From NCBI GenBank assembly GCA_040954595.2, contig CM082597.2, forward strand, positions 762,859 to 826,858: a stretch of DNA of 64,000 nt, given 5' to 3'. Position 1 is the stretch's first letter. Each line of letters opens with the position of its first letter. Below, piece by piece: positions 25,501-39,100 of the stretch. The notes below the pieces were generated by a model. That model saw only the letters and a list, made by a program, of their open reading frames with translations. It ran no database searches and was not told the origin of the DNA. A program made the translations under genes and the position numbers. This stretch comes from Balanoglossus misakiensis. Taxonomy: Eukaryota; Animalia; Hemichordata.

Positions 25501-28500
25501 CAACAGCTATGAGTTCGTACATTTCGCCTATATCAACAATCCACCAGGAATCTGTATCGACGCCAGTTGTTACACAGTTGCTTGTAATCACGCCGCTTGG
25601 CACTGTATCGTCTAGTGCATTTGAAGCGTCAGTATTACCAGCAGACACACTGGACTGGCTGGCGGTTTTGCCCTTCGCTAAATTATCTGTAATGAATACG
25701 TTTTACCTGTGTTAGTCAAATTGCGTTTTTGTTTTAAATCAGATGTACAAGTAATGTCACAGACATTAATCTAAGCAATAGTAATTGATAAGTGGCGGCG
25801 CGTGGATCTGTCATTTCGGAAATTTGCCACAAATTTTGTTTATGTCAGAGGTACAATGCACAATGTCACAGACTTACTCGAAGGACAACCGTAGAGTTCC
25901 AAGCGTAGAGCAGGATCGCCATCAGTTACTACTATTCGAACAGTCTGTGCAACTAATGGAGTAGACAGCTCATGGACCACTAAGATATTGTCTGCGTAGT
26001 TACCGATAAAAACCTGAAAAGGGCAAAGATGCATGTTTCAAACATCTCTATCATCAGGTTCCAAGTTGGATTGTAACAATTTCTTAAATTGAATATATTA
26101 GAGGTTTTTGAATGACAATTATAGTCTATGTAGTCGTTACCCTAATCGTTCCTTTTTCGGTGTAGTCTTCAAATTCGTTTCCATCAGTGCTGTATTGGAC
26201 TGTGTATGCCACGGCACGATTCACCATCCCGCCCATACCACTGCTTTGTGTACCAACCTGACAAGGCAAATGGTTCACAAAGGTCACAGCGAGGTCAAGT
26301 GTCAAACCTTGGTTCTATCGTTACTTCATGTAGACATTGTTCGTTTTGTGGTGGAAAGCCTTTGTTTTACAATGAAACAGTTACTAAATGATTGTGAACG
26401 CATGCACACAAAACTTACGCCTGTAAGTACTGTCAATTCACCAAGATCAACTTGAAGCCATGTCAAAGACTCTGTCCCGTTTCCGACCCAGCCCGCAGAG
26501 GGCGTTCTTCTGTCATTTAGTCGGCCATATTGTCCCCGTCTTCCGGTGTTATTTCCAGCAACGGACGAGGAAGTTATACGGCCATCTGGTATGCCATGAT
26601 TTTCCATTCCGAGAGGCGAAAAACATGCATTTTGTCCTGTTGGGAAAATAGTTCTTGTGAGCTATCGATGGCAGGTCAATGAATGACCTTCTTAGGTTTA
26701 TGGATGCGTTTGTCGTTATAGATTATTCAGTTACTGGACAGGAATATATGCCAGACATGCAGTCCCTCTTCACAATGTTAATTTGTTGTGTTCTTCCTTT
26801 AATCATGGTCTGGTATTTAGCTTGTATGCATATACGTTAGAGAACTGACCAAAAGGGTCATTCGGACATTGTCCTGCACCTTGCGTGGAACCCTTGTCTA
26901 CCCATGTCAATATATATAATGTATTGAGGTAGTATACTCACTCTCGCATGTCATGCCACCCCATCCAACTGGACATAGGCAACGACATGATGTCAAGTCC
27001 ATTGTGCCACCATTATTACACGATCTGGGACACACTAGGGAATGAGTGATATGGTAAACGGTAACAAAAACGAAGAGAGGTTTGTTGAATCAGAAATATT
27101 GCACAGGTCAGAGTCGCCACTGTTTTGGAACATAAGTGTCTTTTAGGTAGTTCATAAGTTGTCTATCAACCTATAACCGGAACATTTGTCCAAAAGTAGC
27201 AGAATAAGGAACAGTAGACCTACTTATTCTCTCATTGTAGCTTTTCTTGTTATGAAAACCAGGCGTTGAAATTGTGGCAGTAAAGTTGGAGAGTTCACAA
27301 GATGATCCGTCGTAGAGATACGATCGGCAAAAGAAATCGTTTTCATTCACACACATGAGCTTGCATGCATCCTCTGACACAGCTGCGAAAACTGCTCCAG
27401 GAAAGAATTCTATAGCAGTGTTTGGTGTTGGAGTGAACAAAGCTTCGAATTCTGTAATGAAATACAAACGATGTACACATTGTTGAGTGTTAAATTGATG
27501 GTGCATATACAGTGACCTGATTAGTTGAAACACGAAAACTAAAGTACTACTATACCAAGTCTAAGGAGAAGCAAACTATATTTGAGATCATGGAGCAAAA
27601 CAGTTTAGGGATGGTACCAGTATACCACTCGCTTATACCAGTTCAACAGAATCCACCCTTTGTCCCTCACCGTTTATTCTCTCACAGACAGCAGGATATT
27701 CAGTACTGCAATTGCTAGTACTTAAAGTGTTCGAGTATGTAGTGACACAGCTTCCATTTTCCGCTTCCGGGTCACCGGGGCTCCACCTGTCACTGTATGA
27801 CAGAATGAGACCATTAGACCACATGTAGCTGCCTCGGTTTGACTTGTCCTTCAGTGCTATCCAATACTGTTGATCTAAAATCAAGTAAACATTTTCTCAA
27901 TATTGTCACTGCCACTTTGGTTTCATATTGTTTATCTCAAACAAGATCAAACACTCACAAAAAACAAGTGAAGGCGAAATGATTTATAACGCCAAATACA
28001 AGAGCAATCTCCCCCAGTGACGTTTGCTTGACTTCTGCAAGTACCTACTTATATCACGTACTTGAACATGTCATGATCTTTTAAAATTAGAAATTAGTCA
28101 TCAATAATGTTGTCTGACGTACCTCCATTAAGGTGCATTGACAACCAGTCGAGTTCTTCAATTTCATGGAGGTTTGCAAGCTGGGCATTATGTTCTGCTT
28201 GGCAAGTCGTAGCTGCATCCGATCGTGTGAGTTTATTTGATATTATGAAGTAGCAACTTAACCCACGCCGAAAACCACCTTCACAGTCAACTGAAACCGA
28301 AACATAGATTCTGAGCTGGAATATACCCCCAGTTATGTTTCAGGGATCGGTTCTTGAGTAAAAGTACAGTTCTGTCTGTCCGTCTATGGAGTGTAATTCA
28401 TGCCAAAATTAGTACGTCTGCCTGTCTGTTTGTCTGTCTGTCAGTCTACGCAAAAGACCCACATGAATGCATACATGTTAATAATATATACATCACTGAT

Positions 28501-31500
28501 ACAAACTACAGTCTTTTAATAAGCCGACTATATCAGAAAGGATCAGTTAATTTGATTGAAATTTTCAGCTTGAAGAAATCTGAATGCCGCATTTCCGGAT
28601 TTTGATGTAAAATATATTACTTGTGATATTAAGGTTAAATCTCACATACTCTTTCGATCGGAGTGAGAAAATTGTTCGCTGTCCTGTTGAAGGTTGATAC
28701 TTTCCTCTGAGAGGACCTCGTATAAATGGCACCAGCCGTTACTATGGTAACTGAACGATAAGCAGTTTGGTGAAGTACGTTGCAGACATGCATATGCGCA
28801 CTCTTCTTTGCTGAGCAGATCGATTTGCACACTTCCGGTTCCGGTGTCAAGAAACCAACCTTGTGATGAAACGAAGTTGTCCAAAATTGTTGACGACAAC
28901 TGAAAATTGAAAATAGTCCGAAATTCAATGGTTATTTACTTTCATTATTCGACATGAACCCATGTCATGCATGTGTTTACTTTGAAAGATCTTATGCTCA
29001 CTATACGGCCCATCATAAGAGAATCACTCCAGCATTATTGGCCTCTTCTTTCTGTTGTCACATGTCTCTCTGACTAACTGAATACACAGACACGGTACAA
29101 TATAAAGACTGCCGTCACCTGTCAGTGTTGTAAACTCAGGCCTGATTTGCCGCTGTCTCACAGGTTGTTTGTGGATGTGTTATTACTCTGTTGAACCAAT
29201 CTGTTCAAGCACAGAATTGGAGCAACACACCTTTATTGGAAACACAGTCTGGTTGAGTCCTTCTCCAAGTTAATGCACCGCGACAATAAACTCATGGCTG
29301 AAAAACAAGCAATCATGGCGGAGAAAATTGCTATTGATTGATTCAGTGGTTTGAGTTGATCAATTACTGTAGCTTCAGTTATACTTTTGCAAGAATTATT
29401 TATTTAAAACGCCTGTAACACTGCCAGTTATGCCACGCCGAATAATTGTTTTAGATAAAATTTGTTTTGAGAAGTGTCAGTGCGACCTTGGTAACACACA
29501 ATATACCACGATGACTATGAGTTCTTCTTTCAGTTCTAGAGTAAATATGATGTACGTGTTAGGCATCGAGTCCAAGAATAATGTTTCGTGCCAATGAGGT
29601 GATATCTCTATTGAGTGGACTGAAGATTCAGTATTTGCACGATCGCCAGGCATTTTACTGCATCTGACAATTAAGAATGCTTCACTGACTTTAATATAGC
29701 GGTTGATATCAACGCGTCAATTTGAAGTGATACTTGTCTCCACATCTCATTGAAAGTTCCTATTGGCACTTTGATTACTACTCAAAGATGCCAAGCTGGA
29801 ATACCCACTTCCGAAAGAAGCTAATATTCCCGAAACTATTCAGCCTGAGGGTAGTAGTTATCGTTTTGAGTTTTGAATGTCTTTTCTAACCAAACCACAA
29901 TAAACCAGGCCTTTCCTTTTAAACCCAAGAGTTACTAAAACTCAGTCCATCCATGTGTAAACATTGAAATGCAAATACAAAACTATAAAGATATTTATTG
30001 GGACATACACAAATTAACCAATCACATCGAGGAGATTTTTTCCAATGGTGTCGGTTTGAGTTCAGATTCATGATGGATGCATGAGGACGCTTGACTGTAT
30101 AACGCCCTCGGTTTGAACGTAGAAAGAGTTAATTCGGTGAAACGTGTTGCATTTTTATTGAAATGAGGACAAGGGTTAGAGACCTTTAGTGAAGAATTTG
30201 CCTGAATAAATCACTATGTAGAACACTATGTTGTAAAATTGACATTAAAATAGATAGTTTCTGTAACATTAAATTTGAAGAGTTTACTATAAAGTTTTCC
30301 ATCTTGATAAAAAGTGACATAAAAATGTTGGAAGCTATTTATGATTCCCAAATCCGTACTGATATGAAATAAAATGACGTCAATTCACATGCACGTTAAC
30401 TTTTAACATAAACAGGCTGTTTAGTGAAAAGAGCCAGTTGATAAACTTGAGTAAAATTACCATTGACCTGATATTCGGAATACGTGAACTTCCGTTAGCA
30501 GATACAGGTTCAAATCTCTTCATATATAACGCATCATTGTAATTCTGGGCAAAAACTTTAACGGCCCGCATTGCCTCCGAGCCAGCGTTAACTGCGATAC
30601 TTCATAAACTAGGTTTGACAACTTCGTCACGTTGAATCCGGCGCCAGAACTGCAATCATATGTTAGTGTAGTGCAGATTACATTTAGTGCCTTTGCTGTC
30701 TCCTGAATATTAAAGTCTCCAACTACTCCTGGATCAAAGCACCTTTACTTTAGTTTTTAGAAACCAAAGAATTTTACTCAACCTAACTGCGTTTCACCGT
30801 GCCATAAAAGAACGGAAAAGTGTTACGAAAAACGTGTGCTAAGAATACATATGACTTCAATTGTCAAGAGACGAAATAAAAAGAAATTCGTCCGGTAAGC
30901 TATTTTCTTTTAATGCCAACTGTGAAATCTGACAGTCCCAGGCTAATACTTTTGATGCACATTGTGAAATGACATTAACTCTGGCATTAACTCTGGCACC
31001 GCACAGAACCTTGTTGTGATCGTTGCTTGGGTAAGTCTACCATAATTACCTTCTATTCCTGGAACGAGGCTGTGTTACCATGCGCATGCTCCTGTAGTTT
31101 GTGATGGAATGGCGCGTCCCGTGGTGGTAGAGGTTCCACGACAGTAACATTTTGGTAGTCATCGGCGAACGGGAGGGTCGATCGAGTGAGTTTTCGTGTG
31201 AATGTGGGGTCCTGCACAGTTGGGACGCGTGGAACAAGTCTCTCCGCCAGGGCTCAACAGGGAGTGGTGTGTAGTGGGAATTCTCCGCGCGAAACGTGCG
31301 GCCCCATTTGCATACAGGGAGACTTTCGCGCGTTTCAGAGTTGTGCTTCTCGTCGTGTCGGTCTGTTTGCCAGAGGGATGGGGTGGGTCTTGGTCATGGG
31401 CTCTTGATCCTCCAACAGTTTTATATTCTGTGTGTGTGTGTGTGTGTGTGTGTGGCGCGGGGACGCCTGATAGCCGCATAGACGTGGTCGAGCACAGGCC

Positions 31501-34500
31501 CTGAAAGGGAACTTGTTTTGGCAAGTGAACTTCGTGGGGCAATGTGAATAGGCTGGTGGTATTCTATATTTTGAAAGAAGTAGGCCTACCAACAGTATAT
31601 TACACTATGAAGAAAGTACAGTGTGATTAATATTCCAATATATATAAATTTCACTGTCAGTCAGGCAATGTTTTCATGTAATAATACTCGTAAAATACGA
31701 CTGGCATTGTTGCTAGCAACAGGTTTCAAATCCTCAAGGGAAGGTCCATTTAATGGGAAAGTCGTGTGGTTTTCTTCTCTTTGTCACAAGCGACGTGTGT
31801 CTTTAATTGTCTGCAGGGGAGTCCTCTTTGTATCCGACAGCAGTCTGTGATATGATGACGCTGTATATCCCGGGTTTTAACACTACTAGATTATCATTGG
31901 TAAATGGAGTCTCCCCGCTGTTCTAGTAAATGGTTTTTAGTTTGAAGTATATATCATATGGATTATCAGACGCGTTAATCATTTTAATTTGAATGCTTCG
32001 CCTATGGCCTTTGTATACAGACGTAATAAATATAAGAGGGAAGGTGTACTCTCAGGCAAACACTGATATGGTGACGCGACATGCCAGCCAGTGAAAGCGA
32101 TATCAGTAATGTGCCTGAATTTTTAAGGATAGAATGTTTTAATTTGTGAAGACATTAAGCTTCAGCAAATCTCCAATGAATAGTCCTATACCTTCTAAAT
32201 TATGATTTTTTTCACTCTGTTTCTGATACATGCGCAGTTTGTCTTTGGTTTATTTTCATGCTAGATTTGAAAGCGTCTTCGTAGACACCGATACTTGCTT
32301 TTATATAATTGAATGGCGTTACAATGTAGTCGTTGTTAGGTTTATCACTGATTTGTGACGGTTTCTCTGTAATTGAACATTTGCCGACACGCTGCAGTTG
32401 CACACAGGAAATTATCCGGAAACGTTTCTTGCCACTTTTCCCAAATAAGTAGTAACTTGGCAGGTACACATCACTCATAATGATATCAGCTTGGAAGCAT
32501 CAGCCTTCTGTGGCACCACATCGTCTGTTTGCCAGTTGTTAACTTCAAATAGGGAGACAGAGTGCAATTACACCCTGAAGCTGGGTTGGTGGATGAAATT
32601 GTTTTAATGAAACTGATACCATGGATGATTGTAGTAAGCAGACAAGTATGTAAAACGTTTAACTCAAAACTTAATTGTATATACGGCCACATTGGATGAC
32701 TCTAAATATTCCACATGTGAAAAAACACACTTGATTAGGTGATAATGCCACTGTGTTACGCAGGGCTATCCTACAACATTTATATGTAATCTCAAATTCA
32801 ACAATTCACATGGGATTCATTCTAGGGAAAAAGAAAGCAATTATGTCCGATGCAACAATATATCATCTGTAACACCCGATTATTTGCAACATAGAAAGTA
32901 TCAAATATACGAATATCATATGTTGCAAATTTAATTACATTTGTGCTTTGTGTTAGACCATATGGACTGCAACACGTCAGACCTTACACCAAATAAATTC
33001 TTGATTATTTCTAACGCATATGATAATTGGGGTTTCATGCAATAGCATGTTATGGATTAACACCCAATAAACAATAAATTCTATGGGTTTTAACACAGAT
33101 GTACGTATTTCAAACTAGGGACAAGAATTTATTATAGAGTGACATCTGTCTGAGTATAGGCGCCTGATATTCGTGTCACAGTCTTGTTTTGCTGGTGGAA
33201 AACAGTTTTCATTTACAATAATATGATTACTGTTTGATACACCCATGTAAGGAAATTGAATGTGGTCAATTAATTTAGAAGGGAAACGTTTGCAAATCCA
33301 ATATTGACTGTAGCAAGATTCGCAAAACACGAATATTACATGGCTTTGTTGGGCAGGATACAAGACATGTGCATTCAGTTTCTATATAGATACCTTTGTC
33401 AGTTTTGACAATCATATTAGGGTACTGCAGAAGCGGTTTCAATAAAGTGTTTATGACTTTTTATAACATTCTTTACGATGAAATCTGAAAAAGGGAAAGC
33501 AAATGTAATATCTACGACTGGGAAGAAAATATGCTGTGTTTATTATTGGAGAACGCAGAGTCTTCCGAATTGACACTGTAATAAAGCGTTGGTTTGCTAT
33601 ATGTGGTTATTACTTGGTTCCACAGAGTCTGTGCAATATTTAAGCAATTTATATTCCTGCATAGCTGTCTTCAGCTGCGAATTAGATCCCAAACAAATCA
33701 CCAAAATGGGGATGGGGGAATGAAAGTTGTCTTTCTTCCTTGTTAACAATTCCAGGATTAAATTTGCACTAGCTCAGTGTCATGCGATTGTCAAGGTCAT
33801 AAAGTATATGCATGTAACAAATAAGCAATGAATTGAACAAAGAAGGTAACAATGAAATCATACAACTAGGGAACAAAATCATATCCATTATGGACAAAGT
33901 ATATCTGTACTGGTATACATTATTAATGGTTCAATTGCACTGAATATGCAAACAGAAATGATGTATCTAGTCTATTGTAGCCCTTCTGAGCCACGGCAGG
34001 ACAAAACAAACTAAAATCCGCGTATTTCAATGTGCTTACGACAACTACTGTGTTGATGATTGATAAGTTCAGATATTTTCAATTAAAGATTCAATCATAG
34101 TATTAGCCAGCTACAACCGGTGAATTAATTGACCAGCTGGTACAACTATCACAATCATTAGAAGTCATTTTTTTCATCAAGGCACTCAACTGAAAGATAA
34201 ACATCTCAAATGTGCAAGGGTAACTACAGTTACCATGGAGATTACAAATCCAACCATCAAAGATTTTCCTTTGGGTGGCCTTACGAGCAACTAGTGGCCA
34301 TTAGAAGATTTAGCCTCGCCATCCCCTTCCCCAGCTTGTGAGGACACAATTATACAGTTCAACGTGATTCAAGTGCAGGTCTACGGTTATTGTGTGATTT
34401 TTCAGCTGGATGGCAAAAGCATCAATGTGAAAGACGTCAGCTCTTGTCATGCATATTTGCAATTCACATAACTTCACAATTAACCGAATGCGTGAACGTG

Positions 34501-36184
34501 TCAGTCTCGCGCTCCTCCAATTGACGACAACAGGGCGCTCTAAATTCGATGCGTACTACTGTTCACTCTTCAATGTATCATTGAATACAACACGAACTCT
34601 CTCCATCAAGCGTCGCGTTTCCCCCATAAAAGCACATCAGAACTCAAGAGGATACATTATTACCCGGTGGTTTGGTACGAACATGCTAGCAATAACCGCC
34701 AAAGCGTGGGAGTTTGATATTCTTCAGCGGATATTGAGCTACACGCTTAAATGGCTGCAGCTAGATCTTCGTTAACGAGTACATTGTTACCTGCGGGCAG
34801 TTCATTTGGAAAGAAGTAATCCTTCTATCACACCAGAACCAACGCTACCAATTACCAGACTGCAAATGTTAACGTGAGCAGAGTAGAATACTAGTATGCA
34901 GGTTTTGCAAGTTGTTTTCTATGAATCTCTGTGACTAGGTGGTATTGTCGTAGGTATTTGATTTCCATGGTACAGTTGTGTTATATGTTTCTAGTAAGAA
35001 ATTTGCAGGCTTATGACAGACACTTAGCTAAGATGGGACGCCAACTGGAATGAAATACTGGACATGGAAGACGGATTTAATGGGATTGTTTGGCGTGAAT
35101 GCTTCTTTAATGGAATTATTTGTACTTGCCCTTTAGATAAATGTGATCATTACCTTCCCAATTCTTATGTTTTCGAATACGTCAAATGTTCAAAGCCATG
35201 TCATAAATCACATAATATTATGTGCCAGTTTCCGCAGTTTGCACTGGAAATGGGTTAAGAGGGCACAGTGTGAGATTGAAGAATACTGATAGTTTTACTC
35301 TTAGAAATAGTTATACCCTGGTCATAAAACGTGCTTCGTTTAACGGTTGGATATGAAACGTTTCCATTTCATTCACCCGGGGAATAGAATAAGTCGAAAT
35401 ACACCCAACCTGTTATTCATGTTATTGCTCTACAGTGAGACGCACGACAGCACTTAACATTTACGTCGCTTGTGGGCTATGTTATATCAAAATTGCAAAA
35501 TGGCACTGTTATTAGACGATGTATCTAAATCACAACATACTTGCAAATACATATTTGTAATTGATCATTTTCTTCTCATTTCGAGATATCGCGAGACGTG
35601 TGTATGTTTGAAAGCTCGTCTTTACAGACTGTTATCCATAATGGGATCCTTGGTTTGAACATTGGAGACAAGATGAAGCGTTCATCTCTAGCATGTTTCA
35701 GCAATTTATCTGAAATTTCATCGGCAGCACCTTTTTGTTCCAGGACGGTTAGTTCTAGATGATGGCCTTGAGTTGTGATTAATTCATGAAAACAGGGCAA
35801 ATCATCTTCCCATTTTATAGGCCTTGTTTTCATCACTAGAGAATTCGCTCTCACTTTTACTGTCTAATCCCCAGCGTGCAGTCCAATACAGAACCCATTT
35901 AATGCAATTAGTATTGTCACTTAGTGTGCTTATCGCAAAAATAGATCGAGACGAATTCGATCATTCTAAACTCAAACCTCGCTGCAGTTATCATTGTGCT
36001 AATACAAGTGAGAGATGGTATATTTTCTGTTTCATGATTTTTGTTTTGTTCCGTATTGTTAAATTGTGTTTGATGATCAAAACAAACAGGAAAACAAATA
36101 ACTCACCGAACGATGCGGTAGCAATGCTGTGGCAGCAAACACCAAAACCATCATCCTCAGCAATTTTGCCAAGGCAAACGACAT
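17060..36184 (-). CDS. Adhesion GPCR (ADGRD-like 7TM), ~1381 aa, 31 exons: SP-PAN-CTLD-PAN-EGF-FA58C-FTP-CTLD-GAIN/GPS-7TM
   Basis: Exons (minus strand): 36184-36107 (signal peptide); 28899-28650 (PAN); 28290-28123, 27874-27671 (CTLD); 27451-27224 (PAN); 27034-26942 (EGF); 26636-26419, 26257-26141, 26013-25878 (FA58C); 25686-25477, 25326-25117 (FTP); 24957-24769, 24418-24197 (CTLD); 23997-23978; 23803-23600, 23151-23083, 21994-21880, 21632-21516, 21296-21112, 20724-20675, 20504-20375 (GAIN, with GPS WSREGC..CTCNHM/TSFAVLM); 19743-19646, 19511-19412, 19257-19107, 18892-18826, 18721-18655, 18473-18388, 18231-18105, 17753-17712 (7TM: IHANL, WMLVEG, CWLS, WAFVGP, PLLGLTW, LNSTQG); 17421-17262, 17094-17060. 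All phases agree. The first and last exons are the least certain. Confidence 0.92.
19543..19597. repeat. (AAC)n microsatellite in the adhesion GPCR intron between the TM1 and TM2 exons
   Basis: About 18 perfect AAC units followed by an AAAT-rich tail. Confidence 0.95.
31045..31428 (-). mobile_element. Possible degenerate 3' fragment of a non-LTR retrotransposon (LINE) ORF2, in intron 1 of the adhesion GPCR
   Basis: GC-richer island. Minus-strand translation gives YKT...AARF and ..SWNL, loosely resembling the YKTLVRP / QRRAARF / WNxLP blocks at LINE RT C-termini; frameshifted. Weak. Confidence 0.3.
31429..31454. repeat. (TG)n microsatellite
   Basis: About 13 TG units read directly. Confidence 0.92.
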
Positions 36185-39100
36185 CCTGTCTCTTCTCTCT
36201 TCAAAGGGTTAACTTTGTGTTTTCCCGCCTATTTAGTCTCGTCTTCCTTTAGAAACCATCAGTGGTAGGTTGTAGTCTCTGCAAAAATAATAATAAAACA
36301 TATACACTGAGTCAATTCAAGCGCGACTTGGCTGAGTCAATATTCTTTTTGGTGCCAATATGCCACATTTTACATAAATCCCAATAATTGGATTAGAAAA
36401 AAATACGCAAATAAATAACAATTGACTAAAGCTTGGCAATAAATTGCACTATAATCGAATCAAATATAAATAAGTAAACTTGTCATGAGGTTAACTCAAA
36501 GAAATGGTATCCCATTTATTAGTCACATAGTATAAAAGACTTATATAGGCATTGTCATGGCCATTCTGCTCTTAGCAACTGATTTTTAAAAGGATTTCTT
36601 GAACATGGATCAGTGTAAGCAATACACCATCTGATGTTTCAGCTCTGGGCAGCATGATTGGCAGTTTACAAAATTAACCTATAGTGTGACTCTCACTGAC
36701 TTGAAATTAAATCTCTTCTCTCCTGAATAGCCCTGGCGCATTTTCTGTTGAAATGATTTAATGACAATAATGTTCCCTAACTAATGGAAAACGATCGCTC
36801 GCGTGTTCCATAATTGGAAATTTCATAAAAAAGTCCCGGTAATGGTCAAGTCTTGAAAGTATGGAGGATTCTTTTATCAATTAGAACGACTTTTGAGCGC
36901 AAAGTTACATACGAAGCAAGATTGTAAAACAACCAGATTCAATGCTTATCCCAATCTTGTTTTTAAAACACGCGCCTCATGCTTCATTCAGTTGTATACT
37001 GCAAAAAACGTCTATAACGTTTTTGAATCCCGTCTTGAGAGGTTTATTCAGTGGTCTTGCCATCTGACTCCCGGAGCAAATCGGCGCAATGTAAAACTTA
37101 ATTAGGAGAAGTTTATTAAATTACAATTCACTTGATAGACTTTGAAAATTTTAATCTTCCAAATGAAATGGCGTTTATAGACGATATGACGCCAATGTGT
37201 GTTATTTCGCTAAGCCTCTTGGCATTTTTTAGAAACCATGTTTTCAAATAATTGTTTCTATGGATTAATACATCACACAATTAGTGATAATCAGGTAACA
37301 CGAGTTTGCTCTCTCCCAATCGAAGCTGAAAACTTAACCTTTGATAAGTTCTTGTAACCTTTACCAAAGATGTCATGAGGCAACCGGGGTGTGGGTTTTA
37401 GTTGAATATGATTATACGTCATTCACATCAACATTTGCAATATAACTTATTATAGAACATTACTAGTATGGCAATCTTTTGTAAATTTATAATTATTCCT
37501 CACGGCTTTGTAAAATTCGATGGTCACCTTGTCAACAGGTAGACCTACATTTAACATATTTCTGACGCATCGACGGTAAGTCAAACTATAAAAAATAAAA
37601 CGATGGTAAAGTTTGATAGAATGAAACGCTGTGAAACACACAACGTTGAATTCTGAGGCTGAGTAGGCCGTAGCCTTTTATCTACGCTATAATTCCTTTG
37701 TGACATAGCGGCTTCTTTTCTGAGTACAATTTACTAGATGTGCAAGTGTTTATTTTGACGAAATGCAAAGTGGTTCTTTCAATTCATCCGGAAATATTTT
37801 ATAATCCAGTACTGCAGAAGATGTGATAAGGAACGATAGCACAACATGTGAAAAGTTGAAACATTTCTAATATTTCAAACTATGTCGAGAAATATCAATT
37901 GGTTTTCTAACAAGACGACGCATGTCTGAGAGCGGAACAAATTGTATGTGACAGCCCATAAAAAGGGGAAAGTGTCTAGATCTATTGATCTTTTGGCGTT
38001 GCATTGGTTTAGACAGCTTGGTGACTGCTTACAGTGTTTCAGCACCGTTCTTGGTACGATTATCACTTAGTGGCGTTAACCAGACAGATAAAAAAAATCT
38101 TGCATTTGTAACAAATCGTGGCTGTCATACGATATTATTCCCCATTTTAGCCTCATAGCTGTATGAAAAGATCTACTAGATTATGGACAGTTAGTGGTGA
38201 CACTGTGTTTGCTAAGGTAATGTGTATGACAGAGGCATTTAGGGGAGCTAAAGTAGATGGTACAAAAGCCTTTACTTGTAAAACTGTCGTGATCGCAGAC
38301 TCATCGCCACGGATTTGTCAAATAGGGATTGTCTGGGAGAGCGTAATCTAGAAATACTGAAATAGTTCTCGTGTCAGCGACCCCTTGATGGTTATCGAGA
38401 TATTGGGCAAATGGTTGTATAAACACAAATGATGTAGGAATGTTTTCCAATGAGACAAGTCAACCATGATTACAGCAGGTACGTGAGGTGACGTGAAAAG
38501 TCAGCCAGGAGCAAAAATTTTACTTTCAGTTACAATGTCTAATCATGTCTTTCTCAACCTTAGTCTGTTTGCATCTTCAGGCTCCAAAAGAGGCGATAAG
38601 TTACAAGCAAGTAATGTCTATCTATTACAAATATAGGTAACCCACCTTTGAACGTCTGTGGTTTAACTTCAGTACGAGATGATGGTCACTAAAATAACCA
38701 ACAACAGCAGCACGCTTTGCCAGTTTGAAGTTTGAGAAAGACTCGCATCAACCGACAGTCACGCCGCTAAAACTTCTCACTCGGCTGTCAAGGATATTTA
38801 ATGTCGCAATGTTGTCACGTGATAGAACAGAACAAACATATATATGGGTATGGCAGCTACATATGGGAGGGGTACACGCTTTCTTATTGAGATTAAACCA
38901 TTTTCAAACGGTTTCATTACATATACTTCAAATGGCCAAGACTTTACTTAATATTGGTTGATTTATTTTGCATAATAATCCTTTAGATTTTTAAAGTGGG
39001 TATATTTCTTGGAAAGGCTCAACTTGGTAATTCATTGATACTTCATTGACTATATAGTTTCATGAACATGTATAGGTTTTTGTGTAGGTTTTCCTTTATC

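Noticed and set aside
29120-29320. Candidate first exon of the adhesion GPCR just upstream of the PAN exon
   Set aside because: All three frames after the acceptor or ATGs hit stops and none encodes a signal peptide; the exon at 36184-36107 fits better.
35576-35854. 92-aa protein-like ORF in intron 1 of the adhesion GPCR
   Set aside because: No recognisable motif and no convincing splice sites.
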